A stretch of DNA of 64,000 bases from contig JAUCBJ010003156.1 in the NCBI GenBank assembly GCA_032718475.1, positions 1-64,000 on the forward strand, in the 5' to 3' direction. Positions 37,401 through 51,900 of the stretch are shown here, piece after piece. A model generated the notes under the pieces. The model made no database searches. It was not told the DNA's origin and was given only the letters and a program-made list of their open reading frames with translations. Source of the DNA: Nemertoderma westbladi. Taxonomy: Eukaryota; Animalia; Xenacoelomorpha. The translations under genes and the position numbers were made by a program. Each line of letters starts with the position of its first letter. The first letter of the stretch is position 1.

Positions 37401-40400
37401 AGGTGGTACATAGTAGGGTACAGTAGGTAGACTAGCCCACCACCACGAGGTGGTACGTAGTAGGGTACAGTAGGTAGACTAGCCCAGCACCACGAGGTGG
37501 TACATATCAGGGTACAGTAGGTAGACTAGCCCACCACCACGAGGTGGTACATAGTAGGGTACAGTAGGTAGACTAGCCCAGCACCACGAGGTGGTACATA
37601 GTAGGGTACAGTAGGTAGACTAGCCCACCACCACGAGGTGGTACGTAGTAGGGTACAGTAGGTAGACTAGCCCACCACCACGAGGTGGTACATATCAGGG
37701 TACAGTAGGTAGACTAGCCCAGCACCACGAGGTGGTACATAGTCAGGGTACAGTAGGTAGACTAGCCCACCACCACGAGGTGGTACGTAGTAGGGTACAG
37801 TAGGTAGACTAGCCCAGCACCACGAGGTGGTACATATCAGGGTACAGTAGGTAGACTAGCCCACCACCACGAGGTGGTACGTAGTAGGGTACAGTAGGTA
37901 GACTAGCCCACCACCACGAGGTGGTACATAGTAGGTAACAGTAGGTAGACTAGCCCACCACCACGAGGTGGTACGTAGTAGGGTACAGTAGGTAGACTAG
38001 CCCACCACCACGAGGTGGTACATAGTAGGGTACAGTAGGTAGACTAGCCCACCACCACGAGGTGGTACATAGTAGGGTACAGTAGGTAGACTAGCCCACC
38101 ACCACGAGGTGGTACATAGTAGGGTACAGTAGGTAGACTAGCCCACCACCACGAGGTGGTACGTAGTAGGGTACAGTAGTTAGACTAGCCCACCATCACG
38201 AGGTGGTACGTAGTGGGGTACAGTAGGTAGACTAGCGCACCACCACTAGGTGGTACGTAGTAGGGTACAGTAGGTAGACTAGCCCACCACCACGAGGTGG
38301 TACGTAGTAGGGGTACAGTAGGTAGACTAGCCCACCACCACGAGGTGGTACGTAGTAGGGTACAGTAGGTAGACTAGCCCACCACCACGAGGTGGTACGT
38401 AGTAGGGTACAGTAGGTAGACTAGCCCACCACCACGAGGTGGTACGTAGTAGGGTACAGTAGGTAGACTAGCCCACCACCACGAGGTGGTACGTAGTAGG
38501 GTACAGTAGGTAGACTAGCCCACCACCACGAGGTGGTACATAGTAGGGTACAGTAGGTAGACTAGCCCACCACCACGAGGTGGTACATAGTAGGGTACAG
38601 TAGGTAGACTAGCCCATCACCACTAGGTGGTACATAGTAGGGTACAGTAGGTAGACTAGCCCACCACCACGAGGTGGTACATAGTAGGGTACAGTAGGTA
38701 GACTAGCCCACCACCACGAGGTGGTACGTAGTAGGGTACAGTAGGTAGACTAGCCCACCACCACGAGGTGGTACATAGTAGGGTACAGTAGGTAGACTAG
38801 CCCACCACCACGAGGTGGTACATAGTCAGGGTACAGTAGGTAGACTAGCCCAGCACCACGAGGTGGTACATAGTAGGGTACAGTAGGTAGACTAGCCCAC
38901 CACCACGAGGTGGTACGTAGTAGGGTACAGTAGGTAGACTAGCCCACCACCACGAGGTGGTACATAGTCAGGGTACAGTAGGTAGACTAGCCCACCACCA
39001 CGAGGTGGTACATAGTAGGGTACAGTAGGTAGACTAGCCCACCACCACGAGGTGGTACATAGTAGGGTACAGTAGGTAGACTAGCCCACCACCACGAGGT
39101 GGTACGTAGTAGGGTACAGTAGGTAGACTAGCCCACCACCACGAGGTGGTACATAGTAGGGTACAGTAGGTAGACTAGCCCACCACCACGAGGTGGTACA
39201 TAGTAGGGTACAGTAGGTAGACTAGCCCACCACCACGAGGTGGTACATAGTAGGGTACAGTAGGTAGACTAGCCCACCACCACGAGGTGGTACGTAGTAG
39301 GGTACAGTAGGTAGACTAGCCCACCACCACGAGGTGGTACGTAGTAGGGTACAGTAGGTAGACTAGCCCACCACCACGAGGTGGTACATAGTAGGGTACA
39401 GTAGGTAGACTAGCCCACCACCACGAGGTGGTACATAGTAGGGTACAGTAGGTAGACTAGCCCACCACCACGAGGTGGTACGTAGTAGGGTACAGTAGGT
39501 AGACTAGCCCACCACCACGAGGTGGTACATAGTAGGGTACAGTAGGTAGACTAGCCCACCACCACGAGGTGGTACGTAGTAGGGTACAGTAGGTAGACTA
39601 GCCCACCACCACGAGGTGGTACGTAGTAGGGTACAGTAGGTAGACTAGCCCACCACCACGAGGTGGTACGTAGTAGGGTACAGTAGGTAGACTAGCCCAC
39701 CACCACGAGGTGGTACGTAGTAGGGTACAGTAGGTAGACTAGCCCACCACCACGAGGTGGTACGTAGTAGGGTACAGTAGGTAGACTAGCCCACCACCAC
39801 GAGGTGGTACATAGTAGGGTACAGTAGGTAGACTAGCCCACCACCACGAGGTGGTACGTAGTAGGGTACAGTAGGTAGACTAGCCCACCACCACGAGGTG
39901 GTACGTAGTAGGGTACAGTAGGTAGACTAGCCCACCACCACGAGGTGGTACATAGTAGGGTACAGTAGGTAGACTAGCCCACCACCACGAGGTGGTACAT
40001 AGTAGGGTACAGTAGGTAGACTAGCCCACCACCACGAGGTGGTACATAGTAGGGTACAGTAGGTAGACTAGCCCACCACCACGAGGTGGTACGTAGTAGG
40101 GTACAGTAGGTAGACTAGCCCACCACCACGAGGTGGTACATAGTAGGGTACAGTAGGTAGACTAGCCCACCACCACGAGGTGGTACATAGTAGGGTACAG
40201 TAGGTAGACTAGCCCACCACCACGAGGTGGTACATAGTAGGGTACAGTAGGTAGACTAGCCCACCACCACGAGGTGGTACGTAGTAGGGTACAGTAGGTA
40301 GACTAGCCCACCACCACGAGGTGGTACATAGTAGGGTACAGTAGGTAGACTAGCCCACCACCACGAGGTGGTACATAGTAGGGTACAGTAGGTAGACTAG

Positions 40401-43400
40401 CCCACCACCACGAGGTGGTACGTAGTAGGGTACAGTAGGTAGACTAGCCCAGCACCACGAGGTGGTACATATCAGGGTACAGTAGGTAGACTAGCCCACC
40501 ACCACGAGGTGGTACGTAGTAGGGTACAGTAGGTAGACTAGCCCACCACCACGAGGTGGTACATAGTAGGTACAGTAGGTAGACTAGCCCACCACCACGA
40601 GGTGGTACGTAGTAGGGTACAGTAGGTAGACTAGCCCACCACCACGAGGTGGTACATAGTAGGGTACAGTAGGTAGACTAGCCCACCACCACGAGGTGGT
40701 ACATATCAGGGTACAGTAGGTAGACTAGCCCACCACCACGAGGTGGTACATAGTAGGGTACAGTAGGTAGACTAGCCCACCACCACGAGGTGGTACGTAG
40801 TAGGGTACAGTAGTTAGACTAGCCCACCACCACGAGGTGGTACGTAGTAGGGTACAGTAGGTAGACTAGCCCACCACCACGAGGTGGTACGTAGTAGGGT
40901 ACAGTAGGTAGACTAGCCCACCACCACGAGGTGGTACGTAGTAGGGGTACAGTAGGTAGACTAGCCCACCACCACGAGGTGGTACGTAGTAGGGTACAGT
41001 AGGTAGACTAGCCCACCACCACGAGGTGGTACGTAGTAGGGTACAGTAGGTAGACTAGCCCACCACCACGAGGTGGTACGTAGTAGGGTACAGTAGGTAG
41101 ACTAGCCCACCACCACGAGGTGGTACGTAGTAGGGTACAGTAGGTAGACTAGCCCACCACCACAAGGTGGTACATAGTAGGGTACAGTAGGTAGACTAGC
41201 CCACCACCACGAGGTGGTACATAGTAGGGTACAGTAGGTAGACTAGCCCATCACCACGAGGTGGTACATAGTAGGGTACAGTAGGTAGACTAGCCCACCA
41301 CCACGAGGTGGTACATAGTAGGGTACAGTAGGTAGACTAGCCCACCACCACGAGGTGGTACGTAGTAGGGTACAGTAGGTAGACTAGCCCACCACCACGA
41401 GGTGGTACATAGTAGGGTACAGTAGGTAGACTAGCCCACCACCACGAGGTGGTACATAGTAGGGTACAGTAGGTAGACTAGCCCACCACCACGAGGTGGT
41501 ACATAGTAGGGTACAGTAGGTAGACTAGCCCACCACCACGAGGTGGTACGTAGTAGGGTACAGTAGTTAGACTAGCCCACCACCACGAGGTGGTACGTAG
41601 TAGGGTACAGTAGGTAGACTAGCCCACCACCACGAGGTGGTACATAGTAGGGTACAGTAGTTAGACTAGCGCACCACCACGGGGTGGTACATAGTAGGGT
41701 ACAGTAGGTAGACTATCCCATCACCACTAGGTGGTACATAGTAGGGTACAGTAGGTAGACTAGCCCACCATCACGAGGTGGTACATAGTAGGGTACAGTA
41801 GGTAGACTAGCCCACCACCACGAGGTGGTACGTAGTAGGGTACAGTAGGTAGACTAGCCCACCACCACGAGGTGGTACATAGTAGGGTACAGTAGGTAGA
41901 CTAGCCCACCACCACGAGGTGGTACGTAGTAGGGTACAGTAGTTAGACTAGCCCACCACCACGAGGTGGTACGTAGTAGGGTACAGTAGGTAGACTAGCC
42001 CACCACCACGAGGTGGTACATAGTAGGGTACAGTAGGTAGACTATCCCATCACCACTAGGTGGTACATAGTAGGGTACAGTAGGTAGACTAGCCCACCAC
42101 CACGAGGTGGTACATAGTAGGGTACAGTAGGTAGACTAGCCCACCACCACGAGGTGGTACGTAGTAGGGTACAGTAGTTAGACTAGCGCACCACCACGGG
42201 GTGGTACATAGTAGGGTACAGTAGGTAGACTAGCCCACCACCACGAGGTGGTACGTAGTGGGGTACAGTAGGTAGACTAGCCCACCACCACGAGGTGGTA
42301 CGTAGTGTGGTACAGTAGGTAGACTAGCGCACCACCACTAGGTGGTACGTAGTAGGGTACAGTAGTTAGACTAGCGTACCACCACGAGGTGGTACATAGT
42401 AGGGTACAGTAGGTAGATTAGCCCACCACCACGAGGTGGTACATAGTAGGGTACAGTAGGTAGATTAGCCCACCACCACGAGGTGGTACGTAGTGGGGTA
42501 CAGTAGGTAGACTAGCCCACCACCACGAGGTGGTACGTAGTAGGGTACAGTAGGTAGACTAGCCCACCACCACGAGGTGGTACGTAGTAGGGTACAGTAG
42601 TTAGACTAGCGCACCACCACGGGGTGGTACATAGTAGGGTACAGTAGGTAGACTAGCCCACCACCACGAGGTGGTACGTAGTGGGGTACAGTAGGTAGAC
42701 TAGCCCACCACCACGAGGTGGTACGTAGTAGGGTACAGTAGGTAGACTAGCCCACCACCACGAGGTGGTACGTAGTAGGGTACAGTAGGTAGACTAGCCC
42801 ACCACCACGAGGTGGTACGTAGTAGGGTACAGTAGGTAGACTAGCCCGCCACCACGAGGTGGTACATAGTAGGGTACAGTAGGTAGACTAGCCCACCACC
42901 ACGAGGTGGTACATAGTAGGGTACAGTAGGTAGACTAGCCCACCACCACGAGGTGGTACGTAGTAGGGTACAGTAGGTAGACTAGCCCACCACCACGAGG
43001 TGGTACGTAGTAGGGTACAGTAGGTAGACTAGCCCGCCACCACGAGGTGGTACGTAGTAGGGTACAGTAGGTAGACTAGCCCGCCACCACGAGGTGGTAC
43101 GTAGTAGGGTACAGTAGGTAGACTAGCCCGCCACCACGAGGTGGTACGTAGTAGGGTACAGTAGGTAGACTAGCCCACCACCACGAGGTGGTACATAGTA
43201 GGGTACAGTAGGTAGACTAGCCCACCACCACGAGGTGGTACGTAGAAGGGTACAGTAGGTAGACTAGCGCACCACCACGTGGTGGTACATAGTAGGGTAC
43301 AGTAGGTAGACTAGCCCACCACCACGAGGTGGTACATAGTAGGGTACAGTAGGTAGACTAGCCCACCACCACGAGGTGGTACGTAGAAGGGTACAGTAGG

Positions 43401-44327
43401 TAGACTAGCCCACCACCACGAGGTGGTACGTAGTAGGGTACAGTAGGTAGACTAGCCCGCCACCACGAGGTGGTACGTAGTAGGGTACAGTAGGTAGACT
43501 AGCCCGCCACCACGAGGTGGTACGTAGTAGGGTACAGTAGGTAGACTAGCCCACCACCACGAGGTGGTACATAGTAGGGTACAGTAGGTAGACTAGCCCA
43601 CCACCACGAGGTGGTACGTAGAAGGGTACAGTAGTTAGACTAGCGCACCACCACGTGGTGGTACATAGTAGGGTACAGTAGGTAGACTAGCCCACCACCA
43701 CGAGGTGGTACATAGTAGGGTACAGTAGGTAGACTAGCCCACCACCACGAGGTGGTACGTAGAAGGGTACAGTAGGTAGACTAGCCCACCACCACGAGGT
43801 GGTACGTAGTAGGGTACAGTAGGTAGACTAGCCCGCCACCACGAGGTGGTACGTAGTAGGGTACAGTAGGTAGACTAGCCCGCCACCACGAGGTGGTACG
43901 TAGTAGGGTACAGTAGGTAGACTAGCCCGCCACCACGAGGTGGTACGTAGTAGGGTACAGTAGGTAGACTAGCCCACCACCACGAGGTGGTACATAGTAG
44001 GGTACAGTAGGTAGACTAGCCCACCACCACGAGGTGGTACGTAGAAGGGTACAGTAGGTAGACTAGCCCACCACCACGAGGTGGTACATAGTAGGGTACA
44101 GTAGGTAGACTAGCCCACCACCACGAGGTGGTACATAGTAGGGTACAGTAGGTAGACTAGCCCACCACCACAAGGTGGTACATAGTAGGGTACAGTAGGT
44201 AGACTAGCCCACCACCACGAGGTGGTACATAGTAGGGTACAGTAGGTAGACTAGCCCACCACCACGAGGTGGTACATTAGGGTACAGTAGTTAGACTAGC
44301 GCACCACCACGTGGTGGTACATAGTAG
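31426..44327. repeat. 47-bp satellite, about 275 copies
   Basis: Monomer CCCACCACCACGAGGTGGTAC(G/A)TAGTAGGGTACAGTAGGTAGACTAG; starts at 31471 and 31518 give a period of 47. Confidence 0.98.
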
Positions 44328-44706
44328 ACATCTCGGCGGCCTCGTGTCCCTTAGTTGGTCTTGATTATATTGGTAAACAGTTTGTACATTATCCTCAATG
44401 TATTTGAGATAACCAACATTTACCATCCTCGCCATTGGGATGGTTAATAAGAGAATTATCAACTCGGTTATTACATACTTTGACACCGTTTTTAGTGAAT
44501 TCTTAAATCCTGCATATAGCCGCTAGCGGTAGCTAATAATTTATCATTTTTTTGTATAGGTTAGATGGCCTTCCATACAGCAGTTGACATAATGACAAAA
44601 TAGCTATAGTAATAGTAACCTATAACACTATTTGGCAGTCATTTAAAATACTTAATCAAGGGGGGTGTAACCCAACCCCCCTTAAATGATTTAATTTATG
44701 GTAAGT

Positions 44707-45874
44707 CTAGTTTGTTTTAGTTGTAAGAGCAGAGTCACTAATAACTTTAGTAAACTTATACGTTTTAGCGGCATCCAAGTAGGAGCTTGCTATTCCTTCG
44801 GAGTTGTTCGTTCTGACAGCGCGGAGGAACGCAGATAGTTCCGCCTTGTAGGGATCCTCGGACGGGAACTTGTAAAGGGCAATTCTATCATCGTCGAATC
44901 GAACTCGCAGCTCGCACTCGGATGAGTGTGGATCGGTTAGAGTCAACCTCAATCCGTCCATAATCACCTCGACCTCAACCTCGTACCGCCGACCGTGCAA
45001 AGCGATAGTGTGCAGCATAGACCCCACCGCCCCATTCCGAAACTTCCAATGAGAAGCGGTGACCCGCGGTATCCGGTTGCTAGGAGACAGAGCCAGGTCT
45101 ACATCGTGTATATTGGGTTGCTTTGCAACCAACTGACTTGCCGGCTCATCGGCTGACACTACGTGACTTCGAACGCTATCCAATTCTATCTCGCCTACAA
45201 GGTATCGCGCCAAGTCGCACACGTGTGTTGCCTGTTCGACCACAGGCCCCCCGCTGAGTGAGATGTCCCAGAAAAACGGCTGCACCATCCGTGAGTAGGA
45301 GCAATAGTACTGGCACTTATAGGCCATGACGACGCCACTCCGAGCGGCCATTAATTCCCGCATTTTTTTTACTCCGCTGTGGTACCGAAACACCAACCGA
45401 AACACAGCATCCACGCTCCCGGCGAGCGGTTTCCAACGTCTCGAGATACTCTTCAAACTCCGAGAATGGTATCAATGAGAGCGGTTTCTCAATAAACGCG
45501 TGAATCCCACGCTGAATGCATCTCAATTCCAATGGATGCCGTAAAGAACCGTGAGACAAGGGAGGGACACCAATAAACACTGCGTCTATTCTTTCGCCTT
45601 CTGTTTCTGATAAAAACGTGTCAATAGAAGAATAAACAACGCATTGTCTGTAGATATGGGCTGCGATGCTGGATAGACGCGTCTCCAGGACTTGCTTAGC
45701 TTTGTCCACTACCGGGTTTACAATTGCAACCACTCGAACCCCGTCCATTGATTCTAGTCTAGAGGCGTGATCCCACGGTCCATTTTCCGAGCCGCCGAAG
45801 TTCACGGCCCCAGCGCCAATAAATGCTATACATAAATCCTGGTCGCGTTCACCTGCAGTCGTTTTATATGCCAT
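44707..45874 (-). pseudogene. Intronless Gfo/Idh/MocA-family NAD(P)-dependent oxidoreductase (yeast YMR315W-like), one frameshift near 45390-45396
   Basis: Rossmann motif IAFIGAGAVNFG, plus DAVFIGVPP, HAFIEKPLS and SGGPVVEQATHVCDLARY. The two ORFs (45317-45874 and 44707-45456) join at SVG/FRY. It could be an intact gene with an assembly indel. Confidence 0.85.
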
Positions 45875-45955
45875 TAGACTTTTTTCTTACAAATATACTT
45901 TTTTTGCAATAATTACACCTCTGCGAAGTCTTGAGCCATTTATTATTTACAGGAG

Positions 45956-48900
45956 TAACTTTATAAACTACGTCAACTACACAATATCAACTTTATACAC
46001 TATCAACTTAATACACTATCAACTTTATAAACTATCAACTTTATAGACAATCAACTTTATACACTACCAACTTTATAGACAATCAACTTTATACACTATC
46101 AACGTTATACTCTATCAACTTTATAGACTATCAACTTTATAGACTATCAACTTTATACACTATTAACTTTATATACTAGCAACTTTATAGACTATCAACC
46201 TTATAGACTATCAACTTTATACACTATCAACTTTATAGACTGTCCACTTTATACACTATCAACGTTATACACTCTCAACATTATACACTATCAAGTTTAT
46301 AGACTATCAACTTTATAGACTATCAACTTTATAGACTATAAACTTTATAGACTATCAACTTTATAGACTATCAACTTTATAGACTATCACCTTTACAGAC
46401 TATCAACTTTATAGACTATCAACTTTATAGACTATCAACTTTATAGACTATCAACTTTATAGACCATTAACTTTATACACTATCAACTTTATAGACTATC
46501 AACTTTATACAATATCAACTTTATACACTATCAACTTAATACACTATCAACTTAATAAACTATCAACTTTATAGACTATCAACTTTATAAACTATCAACA
46601 TTATAGACTATCCACTTTATACACTATCAACTTTATAGACTGTCAACTTTATACACTATCAACTTTATACACTATCAACTTTATAGACTATCAACTTTAT
46701 AGACGATCAACTTTATAGACTATCAACTTTATACACTATCAACTTTATACACTATCAACTTTATACACTATCAACTTTATACACTATCAACTTTATAGAC
46801 TATCAACTTTATACACTATCAACTTTATAGACGATCAACTTTATAGACTATCAACTTTATACACTATCAACTTTATACACTATCAACTTTATACACTATC
46901 AAATATATACACTATCAACTTTATAGACTATCAACTTTATACACTATCAACTTTATACACTATCAACTTTATAGACTATCAACTTTATAGACGATCAACT
47001 TTATAGACTATCAACTTTATACACTATCAACTTTATACACTATCAACTTTATACACTATCAAATTTATACACTATCAACTTTATAGACTATCAACTTTAT
47101 ACACTATCAACTTTATACACTATCAACTTTATAGACTATCAACTTTATAGACGATCAACTTTATAGACTATCAACTTTATACACTATCAACTTTATACAT
47201 TATCAAATTTATACACTATCAACTTTATATACTATCAACTTTATACACTATCAACTTTATACACTATCAACTTTATAGACTATCAACTTTATAGACTATC
47301 AACTTTATAGACTATCAACTTTATAGACTATCAACTTTATACACTATTAACTTTATATACTAGCAACTTTATAGACTATCAACCTTATAGACTATCAACT
47401 TTATACACTATCAACTTTATAGACTGTCCACTTTATACACTATCAACGTTATACACTCTCAACATTATACACTATCAAGTTTATAGACTATCAACTTTAT
47501 AGACTATCAACTTTATAGACTATAAACTTTATAGACTATCAACTTTATAGACTATCAACTTTATAGACTATCACCTTTACAGACTATCAACTTTATAGAC
47601 TATCAACTTTATAGACTATCAACTTTATAGACTATCAACTTTATAGACCATTAACTTTATACACTATCAACTTTATAGACTATCAACTTTATACAATATC
47701 AACTTTATACACTATCAACTTAATACACTATCAACTTAATAAACTATCAACTTTATAGACTATCAACTTTATAAACTTTATAGACGATCAACTTTATACA
47801 CTATCAACTTTATAGACTATCAACTTTATAGACGATCAACTTTATAGACTATCAACTTTATACACTATCAACTTTATACACTATCAACTTTATACACTAT
47901 CAACTTTATAGACTATCAACTTTATAGACTATCAACTTTATACACTATCAACTTTATACACTATCAACTTTATACACTATCAAATTTATACACTATCAAC
48001 TTTATAGACTATCAACTTTATACACTATCAACTTTATACACTATCAACTTTATAGACTATCAACTTTATAGACGATCAACTTTATAGACTATCAACTTTA
48101 TACACTATCAACTTTATACATTATCAAATTTATACACTATCAACTTTATAGACTATCAACTTTATAGACTATCAACTTTATACACTATCAACTTTATAGA
48201 CTATCAACTTTATACACTATCAACTTTATAGACTATCAACTTTATACACTATCAACTTTATAGACTATCAACTTTATACACTGTCAACTTTATAGACTAT
48301 CAACTTTATACACTATCAACTTTATACACTATCAACTTTATAGACTATCAACTTTATAGACGATCAACTTTATAGACTATCAACTTTATACACTATCAAC
48401 TTTATACACTATCAACTTTATACACTATCAACTTTATACACTATCAAATTTATACACTATCAACTTTATAGACTATCAACTTTATACACTATCAACTTTA
48501 TACACTATCAACTTTATAGACTATCAACTTTATAGACGATCAACTTTATAGACTATCAACTTTATACACTATCAACTTTATACACTATCAACTTTATACA
48601 CTATCAAATTTATACACTATAAACTTTATAGACTATCAACCTTATACACTATCAACTTTATACACTATCAACTTTATACACTATCAAATTTATACACTAT
48701 CAACTTTATAGACTATCAACTTTATACACTATCAACTTTATACACTATCAACTTTATACACTATCAAATTTATACACTATCAACTTTATAGACTATCAAC
48801 TTTATACACTATCAACTTTATACACTATCAACTTTATACACTATCAAATTTATACACTATCAACTTTATAGACTATCAACTTTATACACTATCAACTTTA

Positions 48901-51900
48901 TACACTATCAACTTTATAGACTATCAACTTTATAGACGATCAACTTTATAGACTATCAACTTTATAGACTATCAACTTTATACACTATCAACTTTATACA
49001 CTATCAACTTTATACACTATCAAATATATACACTATCAACTTTATAGACTATCAACTTTATACACTATCAACTTTATAGACTATCAACTTTATAGACGAT
49101 CAACTTTCTATCAACTTTATACATTATCAACTTTATAGACTCCACTTTAACACTATCAACTTTATACACTATCAACTTTATAGACTATCAACTTTATACA
49201 CTATCAACTTTATAGACTATCAACTTTATACACTATCAACTTTATACACTATCAACTTTATAGACTATCAACTTTATAGACGATCAACTTTATAGACTAT
49301 CAACTTTATACACTATCAACTTTATACACTATCAACTTTATACACTATCAACTTTATACACTATCAACTTTATAGACTATCAACTTTATACACTATCAAC
49401 TTTATACACTATCAACTTTATACACTATCAACTTTATAGACGATCAACTTTATAGACTATCAACTTTATACACTATCAACTTTATACACTATCAACTTTA
49501 TACACTATCAAATATATACACTATCAACTTTATACACTATCAACTTTATACACTATCAACTTTATACACTATCAACTTTATACACTATCAACTTTATAGA
49601 CTATCAACTTTATAGACGATCAACTTTATAGACTATCAACTTTATACACTATCAACTTTATACACTATCAACTTTATACACTATCAAATTTATACACTAT
49701 CAACTTTATAGACTATCAACTTTATACACTATCAACTTTATACACTATCAACTTTATACACTATCAAATTTATACACTATCAACTTTATAGACTATCAAC
49801 TTTATACACTATCAACTTTATACACTATCAACTTTATAGACTATCAACTTTATACACTATCAACTTTATACACTATCAACTTTATACACTATCAACTTTA
49901 TAGACTATCAACTTTATACACTATCAACTTTATACACTATCAACTTTATACACTATCAACTTTATAGACGATCAACTTTATAGACTATCAACTTTATACA
50001 CTATCAACTTTATACACTATCAACTTTATACACTATCAAATATATACACTATCAACTTTATAGACTATCAACTTTATACACTATCAACTTTATACACTAT
50101 CAACTTTATAGACTATCAACTTTATAGACGATCAACTTTATAGACTATCAACTTTATACACTATCAACTTTATACACTATCAACTTTATACACTATCAAA
50201 TTTATACACTATCAACTTTATAGACTATCAACTTTATACACTATCAAGTTTATACACTATCAACTTTATAGACTATCAACTTTATAGACGATCAACTTTA
50301 TAGACTATCAACTTTATACACTATCAACTTTATACACTATCAAATTTATACACTATCAACTTTATAGACTATCAACTTTATACACTATCAACTTTATACA
50401 CTATCAACTTTATAGACTATCAACTTTATACACTATCAACTTTATACACTATCAACTTTATACACTATCAACTTTATAGACTATCAACTTTATAGACGAT
50501 CAACTTTATAGACTATCAACTTTATACACTATCAACTTTATACACTATCAACTTTATACACTATCAACTTTATACACTATCAAATTTATACACTATCAAC
50601 TTTATACACTATCAACTTTATAGACTATCAACTTTATAGAAGATCAACTTTATAGACTATCAACTTTATACACTATCAACTTTATACACTATCAAATTTA
50701 TACACTATCAACTTTATAGACTATCAACTTTATACACTATCAACTTTATACACTATCAACTTTATAGACTATCAACTTTATACACTATCAACTTTATACA
50801 CTATCAACTTTATACACTATCAAATTTATACACTATCAACTTTATAGACTATCAACTTTATACACTATCAACTTTATACACTATCAACTTTATAGACTAT
50901 CAACTTTATACACTATCAAATTTATACACTATCAAATTTATACACTATCAACTTTATAGACTATCAACTTTATACACTATCAACTTTATACACTATCAAC
51001 TTTATAGACTATCAACTTTATACACTATCAACTTTATAGATTATCAACTTTATACACTATCAACTTTATAGACTATCAACTTTATAGACTATCAACTTTA
51101 TACACTATGAACTTTATACACTATCAACTTTATAGACTATCAACTTTATACACTATCAACTTTATAGATTATCAACTTTATACACTATCAACTTTATAGA
51201 CTATCAACTTTATACACTATCAACTTTATAGACTATCAACTTTATACACTATCAACTTTATAGACTATCAACTTTATACACTATCAACTTTATACACTAT
51301 CAACTTTATAGACTATCAACTTTATACACTATCAACTTTATACACTATCAACTTTATACACTATCAACTTTATACACTATCAACTTTATAGACTATCAAC
51401 TTTATACACTATCAACTTTATACACTATCAACTTTATACACTATCAACTTTATAGACGATCAACTTTATAGACTATCAACTTTATACACTATCAACTTTA
51501 TACACTATCAACTTTATACACTATCAAATATATACACTATCAACTTTATACACTATCAACTTTATACACTATCAACTTTATACACTATCAACTTTATACA
51601 CTATCAACTTTATAGACTATCAACTTTATAGACGATCAACTTTATAGACTATCAACTTTATACACTATCAACTTTATACACTATCAACTTTATACACTAT
51701 CAAATTTATACACTATCAACTTTATAGACTATCAACTTTATACACTATCAACTTTATACACTATCAACTTTATAGACTATCAACTTTATAGACGATCAAC
51801 TTTATAGACTATCAACTTTATACACTATCAACTTTATACACTATCAACTTTATACACTATCAACTTTATAGACTATCAACTTTATACACTATCAACTTTA

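Noticed and set aside
31426-44327. CRISPR-like appearance (palindromic repeat of about 47 bp)
   Set aside because: There are no unique spacers and no cas genes, and the context is eukaryotic.
45380-45400. Programmed +1 frameshift or micro-intron in the oxidoreductase
   Set aside because: The expected residues (YM) are missing rather than interrupted, there is no room for an intron, and I see no recognisable shift site. A small deletion is simpler.
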